A stretch of DNA of 41,793 nucleotides from a bacterium (GTDB lineage: Archaea; Thermoplasmatota; E2; JACPAO01; JAHFTW01), in NCBI GenBank assembly GCA_040390065.1, contig JAZJZE010000008.1, positions 1 through 41,793 of the forward strand, read 5' to 3'. Positions 27,709 to 37,639 of the stretch are shown one piece after another. Made by a program: the position numbers and the translations under genes. The notes beneath the pieces are model-generated. The model was not told where the DNA came from. It did not search any database and saw only the letters and a list, made by a program, of their open reading frames with translations. Position 1 is the first letter of the stretch; every line of letters begins with the position of its first letter.

Positions 27709-28847
27709 ACCAGATGTGCGTCGAATGCGGCGCCGAGGTGCCGCGCCTCATCGGTGGCTGCTGTCCGGCCTGCTTTGTCAAGAATCAGCCATTGCTGGTC
27801 CTCCCGCAGGTCTTGGACGTCGAGTTGTGCGCCCACTGCGACGCGCGTCACGTCGGCAACCATTGGTTCGATCCCGAGGCCGACGTGGGGCTGGATTCGA
27901 TCCGCGAGGACGCCGTACGGGCCGAGGTCCGCGTGCATGAACAAGTCCGCAGTTCCCAAGTGGACGTCGTGGAAAAGCCCCAGGACGAGCGCAACTTCCT
28001 GCATTCCGTGACCCTGCGGGGCGACGTCGACGGCGTCGACGTGTACGACCAGAAGCAGATGCTGGTTCGCATGAAGCGTGGTGTCTGCGACCGCTGCAGC
28101 CGCATGTTCGGCGGCTTCTATGCCGCCATCGTCCAGCTGCGCGCCACGGACCGTGACGTCACCGAACGCGAGATCGAGCTGGCTCACAAGTTCGTTGGCG
28201 AGGAACTCGACCGGCAGCGCGCCAGCGGCAACCGCGAAGCGTTCCTGACGAAGTCCGGACCTGTTCCCGCCGGCTTCGACTACTACCTCGGTGACATCGA
28301 AGGCACGCGGGCGATTGCGCGTATCCTGGGCGAGAAACTCAAGGCCAGCGTGGCCGAGACGGCGAAGCTGTCGGGCCGCCGCGAAGGCGAGGACATCTAC
28401 CGCGTGACGTTCCTGGTTCGCATCCGGTTGTACTCTGTCGGCGATTTTGCCCGCGTCGGCGACGAGGGGCTCGTGCAGGTGCTGTCCATCGACCGCGGGA
28501 AGGCGTTGGTCATCGACATCGGCACCCACAAGCGGGACAAGGTGGAGGAGGCGACCCTGCGCCGGCTGGGCGGCCCGGAGATCCTGCAGCAGGCGGTGCT
28601 GGTCAGCGAAGACGCCGGGAGCCTGCAGGTGCTGGACCCCGTCACGCTGCACACCGTGGACCTGCCCCGGCCCGAGGGCTATGTGCCCGAGGGTGGCTCC
28701 GTGTGGGTCCTACGCCACGACGGCGCCCTTTATCTTCCACCCCTGGGCCCAAGCGGCCTGCCGAGGGGTACCAAGGCGCCCCCACCGGTCGGTCTGGCCA
28801 CTGGAAACCGCGGCAAGGGGCAGGGGCAACCGCGGAAAACCGGATAA
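27705..28847 (+). CDS. nmd3: NMD3-family ribosome biogenesis protein
   Basis: CVECG..C..C, CAHC, CDRCSR..GG.Y.AIVQLR, G.DYYLG, YRVTFLVR. Confidence 0.9.
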   Translation: MNQMCVECGAEVPRLIGGCCPACFVKNQPLLVLPQVLDVELCAHCDARHVGNHWFDPEADVGLDSIREDAVRAEVRVHEQVRSSQVDVVEKPQDERNFLHSVTLRGDVDGVDVYDQKQMLVRMKRGVCDRCSRMFGGFYAAIVQLRATDRDVTEREIELAHKFVGEELDRQRASGNREAFLTKSGPVPAGFDYYLGDIEGTRAIARILGEKLKASVAETAKLSGRREGEDIYRVTFLVRIRLYSVGDFARVGDEGLVQVLSIDRGKALVIDIGTHKRDKVEEATLRRLGGPEILQQAVLVSEDAGSLQVLDPVTLHTVDLPRPEGYVPEGGSVWVLRHDGALYLPPLGPSGLPRGTKAPPPVGLATGNRGKGQGQPRKTG

Positions 28848-28898
28848 GCTCTAAATACGGCATCGAACAAACCAAGTGCACCCGCGGGGGGCCTCTCG

Positions 28899-29288
28899 TT
28901 GACGCAGCGCATTTTGACCCTTGAAGATCTGGCAATGGCCATCTCGAATCGCATCGGCATCGAGGAGGAGGACGCCCAGCGCGACGCCAACTTCGTCATG
29001 GACATCTTCGGCTTCGACGACCGCGTCATCGACAACGTCCTGGAACCCGAGGACCGCCAGCTGTTCTACATCCTGGAAGAGGAAGGCATGCTGACGACCG
29101 AGCGCGAGGAGACGACGCTCTACGACGGCCGCGAGTGGCGCACCCATTACTGGCTCTTCAAGCGCAACCAGGTTTTCCTCATGTCGGAGGAGGAGCGCGA
29201 AGTGCGCCGCCGCAAGAAGGCGCAGCCCACCGAGGCCACCGTGTACTCCCAGGTCTCGGACGAAATGTGGGGCTCCAGGCAGATCTGA
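28899..29288 (+). CDS. DUF6015-like protein
   Basis: FGF.DRVIDNVLEPEDRQLFY.LEEEG..E..LYDGREWRTHYW. Confidence 0.75.
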   Translation: MTQRILTLEDLAMAISNRIGIEEEDAQRDANFVMDIFGFDDRVIDNVLEPEDRQLFYILEEEGMLTTEREETTLYDGREWRTHYWLFKRNQVFLMSEEEREVRRRKKAQPTEATVYSQVSDEMWGSRQI

Positions 29289-29292
29289 TGGC

Positions 29293-29850
29293 CTAGGCCG
29301 TCGCCCCGGCGCCTTCGGCAGGGCCTGCGGGCTTGCCAAAGAGCCTCCCCTGGCTCGCCAATGCCCCGCCCACGAGGATGAATCCCGAGGCGCGCAGCCC
29401 TATTGCGATGGCGGAGGCGTGGTGGTAGGGGATGCAGGCGGTCGGCAAGCCGGGCGGCCCCCCACACAACGTACCCGAGTCCGGCGGCAGGAAAAGGCCG
29501 GCGGCGATGCAGGCGCCACCCACCCAAACCAGGGCCGCCACGAGCCAAAGGGTCGTGACGACGGCGGGCGTTCGCACGGGCGCACTGATGGGGGGGCGAT
29601 TCGGGATGCGCCGCCACGTACGAATGCCCCAGGCGGTGGCCGTCGCCGCCACGCCTAGTCCTGTCCAGAAGGCCCATTTCATCGACGGCCCGGCGTAGGC
29701 GGCGTCACAGCGCCAGTTCCCGTCTTGGCGGCATGCGAGGTACGCCTCGCCCCCGACGTCCTGCAGGGCCATGAGCGCGACTGCAGCAAAGAAGAGCGCG
29801 AACGGTCCGTACATCGCCAACGTGCGCTGCGAAGCCACCCGTTGCTTCAC
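29293..29850 (-). CDS. Hypothetical 4-TM membrane protein
   Basis: Four hydrophobic segments and two loops each with a Cys pair; start uncertain (29850 or 29877). Confidence 0.55.
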   Translation of the reverse strand: MKQRVASQRTLAMYGPFALFFAAVALMALQDVGGEAYLACRQDGNWRCDAAYAGPSMKWAFWTGLGVAATATAWGIRTWRRIPNRPPISAPVRTPAVVTTLWLVAALVWVGGACIAAGLFLPPDSGTLCGGPPGLPTACIPYHHASAIAIGLRASGFILVGGALASQGRLFGKPAGPAEGAGATA

Positions 29851-30023
29851 CACACCCCCCCAGAAGTCCGGGGGCATACGAAAGCACCGGCGATTCGAAG
29901 TCCGCAGCCATTGCTGGCACTTCTACGAAAAACTGCAATAATCTCTATGTACTGACAGGGTTCCGCATGGTTTGCCACGGAATCCAGGCCACCATGTCTG
30001 GTGAGGCAACGAGGAACGCAACC

Positions 30024-30254
30024 ATGCCAGCCGCCAACGCCCAGATTGTCCCCCCGGCCACGAACCTGCCCCCGGCCCCCCGCCTCTCGACCCAGCCGGA
30101 ATGCACCGAGTGCGCCGCCGCCATCCCCGCCACGCCGACATTGCCCGGCGAGATCCTCGACTGCCCTGACTGCGGCGCTGAACTCGAAGTCCGCAGCCTC
30201 AGCCCGCTCGTCCTCGCCCTCGCCCCCGACGTCGAAGAAGACTGGGGGGAATAG
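30024..30254 (+). CDS. lysW: Amino-group carrier protein LysW
   Basis: CTEC..CPDCG.ELEV and C-terminal EEDWGE. Confidence 0.95.
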   Translation: MPAANAQIVPPATNLPPAPRLSTQPECTECAAAIPATPTLPGEILDCPDCGAELEVRSLSPLVLALAPDVEEDWGE

Positions 30255-30265
30255 GCGGCCCTCGA

Positions 30266-30330
30266 ACCACGAATCGCACGAAGTGCACGAACCCGCCAGA
30301 TTGGCTTCGTGACATTGTGCCATCCGTGGT
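30266..30330. repeat. Palindrome with 9-nt-periodic CACGAA arms inside the lys operon
   Basis: ACCACGAATCGCACGAAGTGCACGAA...TTCGTGACATTGTGCCATCCGTGGT. Confidence 0.75.
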
Positions 30331-30355
30331 GACAACCATTCGTGGAGAAACAAAG

Positions 30356-31240
30356 ATGACCCGTATCGGCATGGTGTACTCGCGGCTGCGCAACGACGAG
30401 CGCATGCTCATCGAGGCGGCGCAGCGCAAGGGCATCGAGGTCGTACCGATCTTCGACGACGAAGCCGTGCTCGACGTGCACCGGCGGCCGTGGGACGTCG
30501 ACGTCGTCCTCGAGCGCTCGCTCAGCTACTACCGGGGCTTGTACGTCCTGAAGTTCCTCGCCGCGCATGGCGTTCCAGCCGTCAATCGCTTCGAAGTCGC
30601 ACAACGCTGCGGCGACAAGGCCGAGACCAGTCTCCTGCTCGCCCGCGCCGGCGTGCCCACGCCGGCCACGCGCGTCGCCTTCACCCGCGAAGGCGCCCTG
30701 CGAGCCTGCGCCGAAGTGGGCTATCCCGCCGTCCTCAAGCCCACGATGGGCTCGTGGGCGCGCCTCCTCGCCAAGGTCGACAACGCCGAGCAGGCGGACA
30801 TGGTCCTGGAGCACAAGGAAGCGCTCGCCAACCCGCTGCAGCAGGTGTACTACGTCCAAGCGTACGTGGCCAAGCCAGCGGGCACCGCGCCGGATGGCAC
30901 CGCCGTGCGCAACCGCGACATCCGCGCCTTCGTCGTCGGCGACGAGACGATTGCAGCGATCTACCGCAACAGTCCACACTGGATCACCAACACGGCGCAA
31001 GGCGGCAAGGCCACGAACTGCCCCGTGACGCCGCAACTGCACGAGTTGTGCCAGAAAGCGGCCGCCTCCGTCGGCGGCGGCGTCCTTGCCCTCGACCTCA
31101 TGGAAGACGCGTCCGCTCCGGGCGGGCTCACGGTCCACGAGATCAACCACACGATGGAATTCAAGAACTCGGTGGCCCCGACCGGCGTCGACATCCCTGG
31201 CGCCATCCTGGATTTCTGCATGCGGGAGGCGAAGCGATGA
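30356..31240 (+). CDS. lysX: Alpha-aminoadipate--LysW ligase
   Basis: ATP-grasp: CGDK, VLKP..GSWAR, RDIR, HWITNTA, EINHTMEFKN. Confidence 0.95.
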   Translation: MTRIGMVYSRLRNDERMLIEAAQRKGIEVVPIFDDEAVLDVHRRPWDVDVVLERSLSYYRGLYVLKFLAAHGVPAVNRFEVAQRCGDKAETSLLLARAGVPTPATRVAFTREGALRACAEVGYPAVLKPTMGSWARLLAKVDNAEQADMVLEHKEALANPLQQVYYVQAYVAKPAGTAPDGTAVRNRDIRAFVVGDETIAAIYRNSPHWITNTAQGGKATNCPVTPQLHELCQKAAASVGGGVLALDLMEDASAPGGLTVHEINHTMEFKNSVAPTGVDIPGAILDFCMREAKR

Positions 31241-31344
31241 AGGCCCCAAAGGCGCCGCCCCCCACGTCGCGCGACGCCCAAGCAGACCTCTTCTCCGAGA
31301 CGATTGGCGTACTGGGCGGGCCGTTGGGGGCCGCTGCCGCATGA
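31237..31344 (+). CDS. 35-aa small ORF coupled to lysX and lysY
   Basis: ATGA overlap at both ends; GGGAGG 7 nt upstream of the ATG. Confidence 0.55.
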   Translation: MKAPKAPPPTSRDAQADLFSETIGVLGGPLGAAAA

Positions 31345-32402
31345 CCACGGCAGCCATCCTGGGCGCTTCGGGCTACACGGGCGGCGAACTCCTACGCCTG
31401 CTGTTGCAGCACCCAGACGTCGACGTCGTGGGCGCCACGAGTCAAAGACTGGCAGGCGAAGCCGTCCACAAGGCTCACCCCAACCTTCGCGGGCGCACGG
31501 CCCTGAAGTTCGTGGGTCGCGGGGAACTCCCGGCCGCCGACGTTGTCTTCACCTGTGTCCCCCACGGCGCCGGCATGACCGCGGTCCCCGGCTACTTGGA
31601 CGCCGGCTCGCGCGTCATCGACCTGTCCGCCGACTTCCGTCTGCGCGACGCCGCCACCTACGAAGCCTGGTACGGCGCCAAGCATAGCGCCCCGCACCTG
31701 CTGGGCCAAGCGGCGTACGGGCTGCCCGAAGCTCGCCGCGACGCCATCCGCGGAGCTCGCCTTGTCTCCGGCGTGGGGTGCACCGCCACCGCAGTCAACC
31801 TGGCACTCTTGCCCTTGGCCCGCGCCGGCCTGCTTGGGGACACCGTCGTGGCCGACGTGAAGATCGGCTCCAGCGCCGCGGGCCAAGAAGCCAACCTCGC
31901 GGCCATCCACGCCGAACGCAGTCGCTCCATCCGCATCTACGCGCCGACGCGCCACCGCCACGTCGCCGAGGTCCAGCAGGAAATCGCCGCCGCCTCCGGC
32001 CGCGCGGCACCCGCCATCCACTTCACCGGCCATGCCGTCGAACTTGTGCGCGGCGTGCTTGCCACGTGCCATGCCTTCCTCCCTGACGGCGCGACCACGA
32101 CCGAGAAGGACGTGTGGAAGGCGTTCCGCGCCAGCTACGCCGCGGAGCCGTTCGTGCGCGTCGTCAAGGAGCGCTCCGGCATCCACCGCGCCCCCGACCC
32201 GAAACTGGTCGCTGGCAGCAACTACGCCGACGTCGGATTCGACGTCGAGGAGGCCCAAGGCGGCCGCACCCGCATCGTCGCCACGTGCGCCATCGACAAC
32301 CTCGTGAAGGGCGCCGCCGGCTCCGCCGTCCAGTGCATGAACCTGCAGTTCGGTTTGGACGAGACGACTGGCTTGACCCAGATGCCGTTGCACCCGGTGT
32401 GA
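31341..32402 (+). CDS. lysY: LysW-AAA-6-phosphate reductase (ArgC family)
   Basis: GASGYTG, HPNLRG, DLSADFRL, GCTAT, IDNLVKGAAG. Confidence 0.93.
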   Translation: MTTAAILGASGYTGGELLRLLLQHPDVDVVGATSQRLAGEAVHKAHPNLRGRTALKFVGRGELPAADVVFTCVPHGAGMTAVPGYLDAGSRVIDLSADFRLRDAATYEAWYGAKHSAPHLLGQAAYGLPEARRDAIRGARLVSGVGCTATAVNLALLPLARAGLLGDTVVADVKIGSSAAGQEANLAAIHAERSRSIRIYAPTRHRHVAEVQQEIAAASGRAAPAIHFTGHAVELVRGVLATCHAFLPDGATTTEKDVWKAFRASYAAEPFVRVVKERSGIHRAPDPKLVAGSNYADVGFDVEEAQGGRTRIVATCAIDNLVKGAAGSAVQCMNLQFGLDETTGLTQMPLHPV

Positions 32403-32404
32403 CC

Positions 32405-33208
32405 ATGGCGGCTCCCCTTGTCGTCAAGTTGGGGGGTGGCGCCGGCCTCGACGTGGACGCCGTCCTTCGCGACCTTGCCAGCCGCAGCGAACCGTGGGTC
32501 CTCGTGCACGGGGGCAACGCCGAACTCTCCGACCTGAGCACGCGGCTTGGCCATACGCCTCGCTTCGTGACGAGCCCGAGCGGCTACACGTCGCGCGTCA
32601 CCGACCGCGAGACCGTCGGACTCATCCAGATGGTGTACCGCGGCCGCATCAACAACGACCTCGTCCTGCGCCTGCAGCGGCTCGGCTGCAACGCCGTCGG
32701 CTTGTCCGGCATCGACGGGCGCCTCCTGTCAGCGCAACGCAAGGAGGCCATCCGCGTCGTGGAAAACGGTCGGAAGTTCCTCCTGCGCGACGATTACACC
32801 GGTCGCGTCGTCGAGGTCAACGCATCTCTCCTTCGACTCCTTCTCGACGGCGGGTACCGCCCCGTCGTCACCCTTCCCGCGCTCGCGGCCGACGGGGAAG
32901 CCGTCAACGTCGATGGCGACCGCGCCGCCGCAGCCGTCGCCGCAGCCCTCGGCGCCCACGACCTCGTCATCCTGTCCGGCGTGCCAGGCTTGCTGCGCGA
33001 CGTGAACGACCCCTCGACGCTCATCCCGCACCTGTCGCGGGCCGAGATCGCGCAAGGGCAGGCCGTGGCACTTGACCGCATGAAGAAGAAGATCCTCGGT
33101 GCGCAGGAGGCCCTGGACGGTGGCGTCCGCCGCGTCATCCTGGGGAGCGCCAACCGCGAACACCCCGTCCGCGACGCCATCGCCGGAGTGGGCACGGTGA
33201 TCGAGTGA
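32405..33208 (+). CDS. lysZ: LysW-aminoadipate kinase (ArgB family)
   Basis: VKLGG, VHGG, SPSGYTSR.TD, NVDGDRAA. Confidence 0.93.
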   Translation: MAAPLVVKLGGGAGLDVDAVLRDLASRSEPWVLVHGGNAELSDLSTRLGHTPRFVTSPSGYTSRVTDRETVGLIQMVYRGRINNDLVLRLQRLGCNAVGLSGIDGRLLSAQRKEAIRVVENGRKFLLRDDYTGRVVEVNASLLRLLLDGGYRPVVTLPALAADGEAVNVDGDRAAAAVAAALGAHDLVILSGVPGLLRDVNDPSTLIPHLSRAEIAQGQAVALDRMKKKILGAQEALDGGVRRVILGSANREHPVRDAIAGVGTVIE

Positions 33209-34392
33209 CGGACACCTCGGAGGCGCAGCACCTTGCGCGAAGTTTCCCCGCCAAGCCTGTCTCCTTCGTGCGCGGCGAGGGCCACCAGTTGTTCACCGCC
33301 GACGGCACGGCCTACACCGACCTCGGCGGTGCAAGCCACGGGGTTGCCAACTTCGGCCACAGCCACCCCCGCATCGTGGCAGCCATCCGCGAGCAGGCGG
33401 GCCAACTCATCCACACGACGCAGACCATCCCATCACCCGTGCGCGGGGAATTCCTCGAGCGCCTCCACCGCCTCGTCCCCGCCCACCTCGAGCGCTCGTT
33501 CCTCGCAAACTCCGGCACGGAGGCCGTCGAAGCCGCCCTGAAGCACGCCGTGGCCGCAACTGGCCGCACCCGCATCGTCGCCATGCGCAACAGCTTCCAC
33601 GGCCGCACCCTCGGCGCCCTGGCTGCAACGTTCCGGCTGCAGTACCGCGAACCGTTCCAAGCCCTCTTGCCGCCCGTGGACTTCGTGCCCCTCAACGACG
33701 CCGCCGCCCTCGAGGCCGCCGTCACCGATGCCACCGCGGCGATCATCGTCGAACCAGTGCAGGGCGAGGGCGGCTTGGCGGTCGCCGACGACGCCTGGCT
33801 GCGCACCGCGCAACGCATCGCCCACGACCACGGAGCCCTCCTCATCATCGACGAGGTCCAGACGGGCCTAGGCCGCACCGGCCGCGACCTGGCCATCGAC
33901 ACGACCGGCGTCCAACCGGACATCCTGATCCTGGGCAAGAGCCTCGCCGGCGGGCTCCCCATCGGCGTTGCCTGCATGACGCAGGCCGTCGCTGCGCGCA
34001 TGCCGGCCGGCGGCCATGGCACGACGTTCGGCGGGTCCCCGCTCGTGTGCGCCGCGGCCAGCGCCGCCCTCAACGTGCTGCGCGACGAACGGCTGGCCGC
34101 GCGCGCGGCAGAGTCCGGGGACCGGCTGCGCTCCGCTCTCGGCCGCATCGCGTCGCCGCTGGTGCGCGAGGTGCGCGGCCGCGGCCTCATGGTTGGCGTC
34201 GACCTGCGCGTGCGCGCCCAGGGTGCCCTCGACCAACTTCTGTCTCGCCGCATGTTGGCCCTCGGCGCCGGCCCGACGGTTGTGCGCCTGTTGCCCCCGC
34301 TGGCCATTCCCACCGCCGAGTTGGACGCCGCCGCAGCCGCGCTCGCCGAGGCGTTGGACGGGATGGCCCCCGCCATGGAGGCGCGGACGTGA
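33205..34392 (+). CDS. lysJ: LysW-aminoadipate semialdehyde transaminase (class III)
   Basis: NSGTEA, FHGRT, EPVQGEGG, DEVQTG, GKSLAGG. Confidence 0.92.
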   Translation: MTDTSEAQHLARSFPAKPVSFVRGEGHQLFTADGTAYTDLGGASHGVANFGHSHPRIVAAIREQAGQLIHTTQTIPSPVRGEFLERLHRLVPAHLERSFLANSGTEAVEAALKHAVAATGRTRIVAMRNSFHGRTLGALAATFRLQYREPFQALLPPVDFVPLNDAAALEAAVTDATAAIIVEPVQGEGGLAVADDAWLRTAQRIAHDHGALLIIDEVQTGLGRTGRDLAIDTTGVQPDILILGKSLAGGLPIGVACMTQAVAARMPAGGHGTTFGGSPLVCAAASAALNVLRDERLAARAAESGDRLRSALGRIASPLVREVRGRGLMVGVDLRVRAQGALDQLLSRRMLALGAGPTVVRLLPPLAIPTAELDAAAAALAEALDGMAPAMEART

Positions 34393-35465
34393 ACGATGGC
34401 GACCTGGTCGAGAGCCTCGTGCGCATCGCCAGCCCGACAGGCTCGGAGGCCGAGGCCGTGGCCTTCCTGCGGTCGCAGGCCGAACGTGATGGCTTTCGCG
34501 TCCTTGCCGACCCCGTTGGCAACTTCGTCGCCGAAGCCGGTCACGGGCCGCGCCTTCTGCTGTTCGTCGGCCATGTGGACACCGTCCCAGGCCACATCCC
34601 GGTCCGTGTCGAGGGTGGCGAGTTGTGGGGTCGCGGCTCCGTCGACGCCAAAGGTCCGCTCGTCGCCGCCTATTGCGCTGCGCGGCGTCACCTTGACTCA
34701 TCGCAACTCACCATCCGTCTCGTCGGCGCCATCGACGAGGAAGGCAACTCGCGTGGAGCCAAAGCCGTCCCAACGGACTTGCGGCCTGCCTGGATCCTCA
34801 TCGGCGAGCCAAGCGGTGTCGGCGCCATCACCCTCGGCTACAAGGGCATCGTGCGCGGCACGCTGCGGGTACGACGCCCACATCATCACGGCGCACACCC
34901 CGGGCCGACCGCCGTCGAGCAGGCCGTCGCGCTTTGGCAGTCGATGGCACGGGATCTCGACTTCGCGGATTCCTTCGATTCCCTGCAGGGTCACCTCACG
35001 GCCATGTCGAGCGGCCACGACGGGCTGTACGACGACGTGACGTGCTCGTTCAACGTGCGGCTCCCGCCGGGCACGCAACCCGCAGCACTCGAGGCGCAGC
35101 TTTCGGCGTTGGCCTCGGCCGCCGGCGCCGAGCTGGTGGTGGACGAACGCGTCCCGCCCGCACTGGCCGACAAGCGAACGCCCCTCGTGGCCGCGTTCCT
35201 GCGCACGCTGCGGGCCCGTGGCCGGACGCCCCGGCTGGTGCGCAAGACGGGCACGGCCGACTTCAACCTCTTCGCCCACCGTCACCCTGGCGTGCCCATC
35301 GTTGCCTACGGCCCGGGCGACCCGGCGTTGGACCACACGCCGCAGGAACGCTTGGCGATGGCGGATTTTGCCGAGGCGGTCGACGTGCTCGACGAAGTCT
35401 TCGCCCAGCTGGCCGCCCTCCCGCCATCGGGTGAAACGCTTTCGCTCACCTCCCGAACAGCCTGA
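34389..35465 (+). CDS. lysK: LysW-lysine hydrolase (M20 family)
   Basis: [42 protein letters not shown]. Confidence 0.93.
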   Translation: MNDGDLVESLVRIASPTGSEAEAVAFLRSQAERDGFRVLADPVGNFVAEAGHGPRLLLFVGHVDTVPGHIPVRVEGGELWGRGSVDAKGPLVAAYCAARRHLDSSQLTIRLVGAIDEEGNSRGAKAVPTDLRPAWILIGEPSGVGAITLGYKGIVRGTLRVRRPHHHGAHPGPTAVEQAVALWQSMARDLDFADSFDSLQGHLTAMSSGHDGLYDDVTCSFNVRLPPGTQPAALEAQLSALASAAGAELVVDERVPPALADKRTPLVAAFLRTLRARGRTPRLVRKTGTADFNLFAHRHPGVPIVAYGPGDPALDHTPQERLAMADFAEAVDVLDEVFAQLAALPPSGETLSLTSRTA

Positions 35466-35490
35466 AAGGCGGCGGCGCAGTTTGAGCAGC

Positions 35491-37494
35491 GTGCCCCGCC
35501 TGCCGTACCTCGCGCGGCCAGGCCAAGACGCGATGATGGACGCCATCGCGGCCGCCCAAGTCGACGGGGCCCACCTCGTCCTAGAGGCTGGGACGGGAAC
35601 GGGCAAGACCGTGGCAGCCCTGGCCGCGACGTCGGCGTCCTGCGCCAAGGACGGCCGGCGGCTCATCTACGCGACGCGTACGAACTCGCAGCAGGCTCAA
35701 GTCGTCGCGGAGCACGCCGCCATGGCGGAAGCCGGACTCCAGCCGGGCCTTCTCGTCCCTTTCATGGGGCGCCGTCATTACTGCCCCCTCCTGCGCACCG
35801 ACCCGCGCTTTGCGGACGGCACGCCCGAGGAGCTCGGCCGTCTGTGCCGCGACGCCAAGCGCAAGGCCGTGCAGCAGCACGAGATGGGGCAGCCCGTCAC
35901 GGGAGCGTGCCCGTTCTACGCCCGCCTCCTGCGCGACGGCCCAGAACCCGTCGAGGCGCTCCTGGAGCATGGCGGTCTTCCCGGCCCCGAACTCGCGGCG
36001 CGCATCGAGGCTGCAGGGTCCTGCCCGTACGAGGCGCTGAAGCTCCTCATGCCGAAGGCCCGCGCCGTCGTCGTGCCGTACGTCTTCCTGCTCGATGAAC
36101 GGCTGCGCGCGACCCTGCTGCAATGGATGGGCACGGCCTCCAGCGAATGCCACCTCGTCCTGGACGAGGCGCACAACATCCCGGAGGCGGCCCGCGCCCA
36201 CTTCTCGCCGCGCCTGTCGGTGGCGGCGCTGCAGCGAGGCCTCAAGGAAGCCGAGGAGTACCACGACCCGGTGCTTGGCGGCCGCCACTTGGCCAGCTCC
36301 GTTCTGGACGCAATGCTGCGGGCCATCCAGGCCCTGCGCCAGGAACACGTGCGCGAGGACGGTACGGGTGAGGGCGGCGACGGCCTGGTGCCACCTGGTG
36401 CCCTCGACGAGGCGCTGCTCTACGCGCTTCGCATGCCGACCACGGAGATGGCGCGCATCGCGACGGACTTGGAGAAATGGGGCGAGACCGTGCGCGAAGA
36501 CCGTCGCGCAAAGATGCGCCTTCCACGCAGCCACCTCGGCGCGGTGGGCGCGTTCCTGCATGCTTGGATGCAGTCGCGCGACGAGCCGTACGTCCAACTG
36601 GTGACCGGCGGCGACAACCCTGCCCTGGAACTGTACCTGCTCGACCCAGCCGCCGTACTGGGCTGGCTCGGCGACTTCCACTCGACGCTGCACATGAGCG
36701 GGACGCTGCATCCGCTCGAGGACCATGCGACCCTGTGCGGTCTGGGGCGGGCAGCGCGCACGACCAGGATCGCCAGTCCGTTCGAGGCGTCGCAGCTGCG
36801 CATCTTCGGCATGGAGGGCGTGCATCGGCGCTTCGAGGTCCTGCAGCGCGACCCGGAACTGGCTGGCCGGCAGCAGGCGTTGGCCCGCGACGCGCTGGCG
36901 GTCTGCCCGGGGAGGACGGGTTTGTTCTTCCCAAGCCACCAGATGCTGGAGGAGTACCTCGAGGAGGGCTTTCTCGAAGGCGTCGGCCGGCCTGTCTTCG
37001 TCGAGCGGCGCGGCATGCCCGCCTCGGCCCTCGGCGATGTCGTGGACGCGTTCCGCACGGAGGCTTCGGGGCGCGGCCTGCTGCTTGCGGTCCTTGGAGG
37101 CCGTCTGACGGAGGGCATCGACTTCCCAGGGAAGGCCATGGAGCACCTGCTGGTCTTCGGAGTGCCCTATCCGCGGCCGTCGGCCCGGCTGCAAGCGCTC
37201 ATCATGCATTACGACCGGGTGACTGGAAACGGCTGGCAGGTCGTCGTCCACAACCCGGTGGGGCGGCTCTTGCGGCAGGCCGTGGGGCGCCTGGTGCGCG
37301 GCCCGGACGACCATGGAACGGCCATCATCCTCGACGATCGGGTCGTGCGCTTCCACGGCCACTTGCCCCAACTGCGCATGGTCCGCGGTGTGCAGGACTT
37401 CGCCAGCGCCCTCCCGGACCCCGGTTTCCGCACCGCCGACCACCTGGTGCCAACGGTCCCTGTGACCCTGAAGAGGCCTCCTGGAGAAGGATAA
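35491..37494 (+). CDS. xpd: XPD/Rad3/DinG Fe-S DNA helicase
   Basis: AGTGTGKT, four Fe-S Cys (YCPL, RLC, CPFY, CPYE), DEAH, SGTL, EGIDF, QAVGRLVR. Confidence 0.92.
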   Translation: MPRLPYLARPGQDAMMDAIAAAQVDGAHLVLEAGTGTGKTVAALAATSASCAKDGRRLIYATRTNSQQAQVVAEHAAMAEAGLQPGLLVPFMGRRHYCPLLRTDPRFADGTPEELGRLCRDAKRKAVQQHEMGQPVTGACPFYARLLRDGPEPVEALLEHGGLPGPELAARIEAAGSCPYEALKLLMPKARAVVVPYVFLLDERLRATLLQWMGTASSECHLVLDEAHNIPEAARAHFSPRLSVAALQRGLKEAEEYHDPVLGGRHLASSVLDAMLRAIQALRQEHVREDGTGEGGDGLVPPGALDEALLYALRMPTTEMARIATDLEKWGETVREDRRAKMRLPRSHLGAVGAFLHAWMQSRDEPYVQLVTGGDNPALELYLLDPAAVLGWLGDFHSTLHMSGTLHPLEDHATLCGLGRAARTTRIASPFEASQLRIFGMEGVHRRFEVLQRDPELAGRQQALARDALAVCPGRTGLFFPSHQMLEEYLEEGFLEGVGRPVFVERRGMPASALGDVVDAFRTEASGRGLLLAVLGGRLTEGIDFPGKAMEHLLVFGVPYPRPSARLQALIMHYDRVTGNGWQVVVHNPVGRLLRQAVGRLVRGPDDHGTAIILDDRVVRFHGHLPQLRMVRGVQDFASALPDPGFRTADHLVPTVPVTLKRPPGEG

Positions 37495-37505
37495 AAGACA
37501 ACCCC

Positions 37506-37637
37506 TTTATATGCACGGGAAATAAGGGTCGATACGGAAGAGGCGCCCTGGAACTTTTGAGTGCATCCCATCCCCTCCTCGTGAGGCCAGTGCACCCTTC
37601 CTCCGGCGGGGTAGTCTTCGGGCTGCCCCGCCGGTTT
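37506..37637 (+). ncRNA. Candidate small structured RNA with its own TATA box
   Basis: TTTATAT at 37506; stem-loop 37536-37601; cUUCGg hairpin 37603-37634 followed by TTT. Confidence 0.35.
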
Positions 37638-37639
37638 CG

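Noticed and set aside
31279-31293. QADLF in the small ORF resembles a bacterial beta-clamp-binding motif
   Set aside because: A five-residue match; archaea use PCNA with PIP boxes, so chance is likely.
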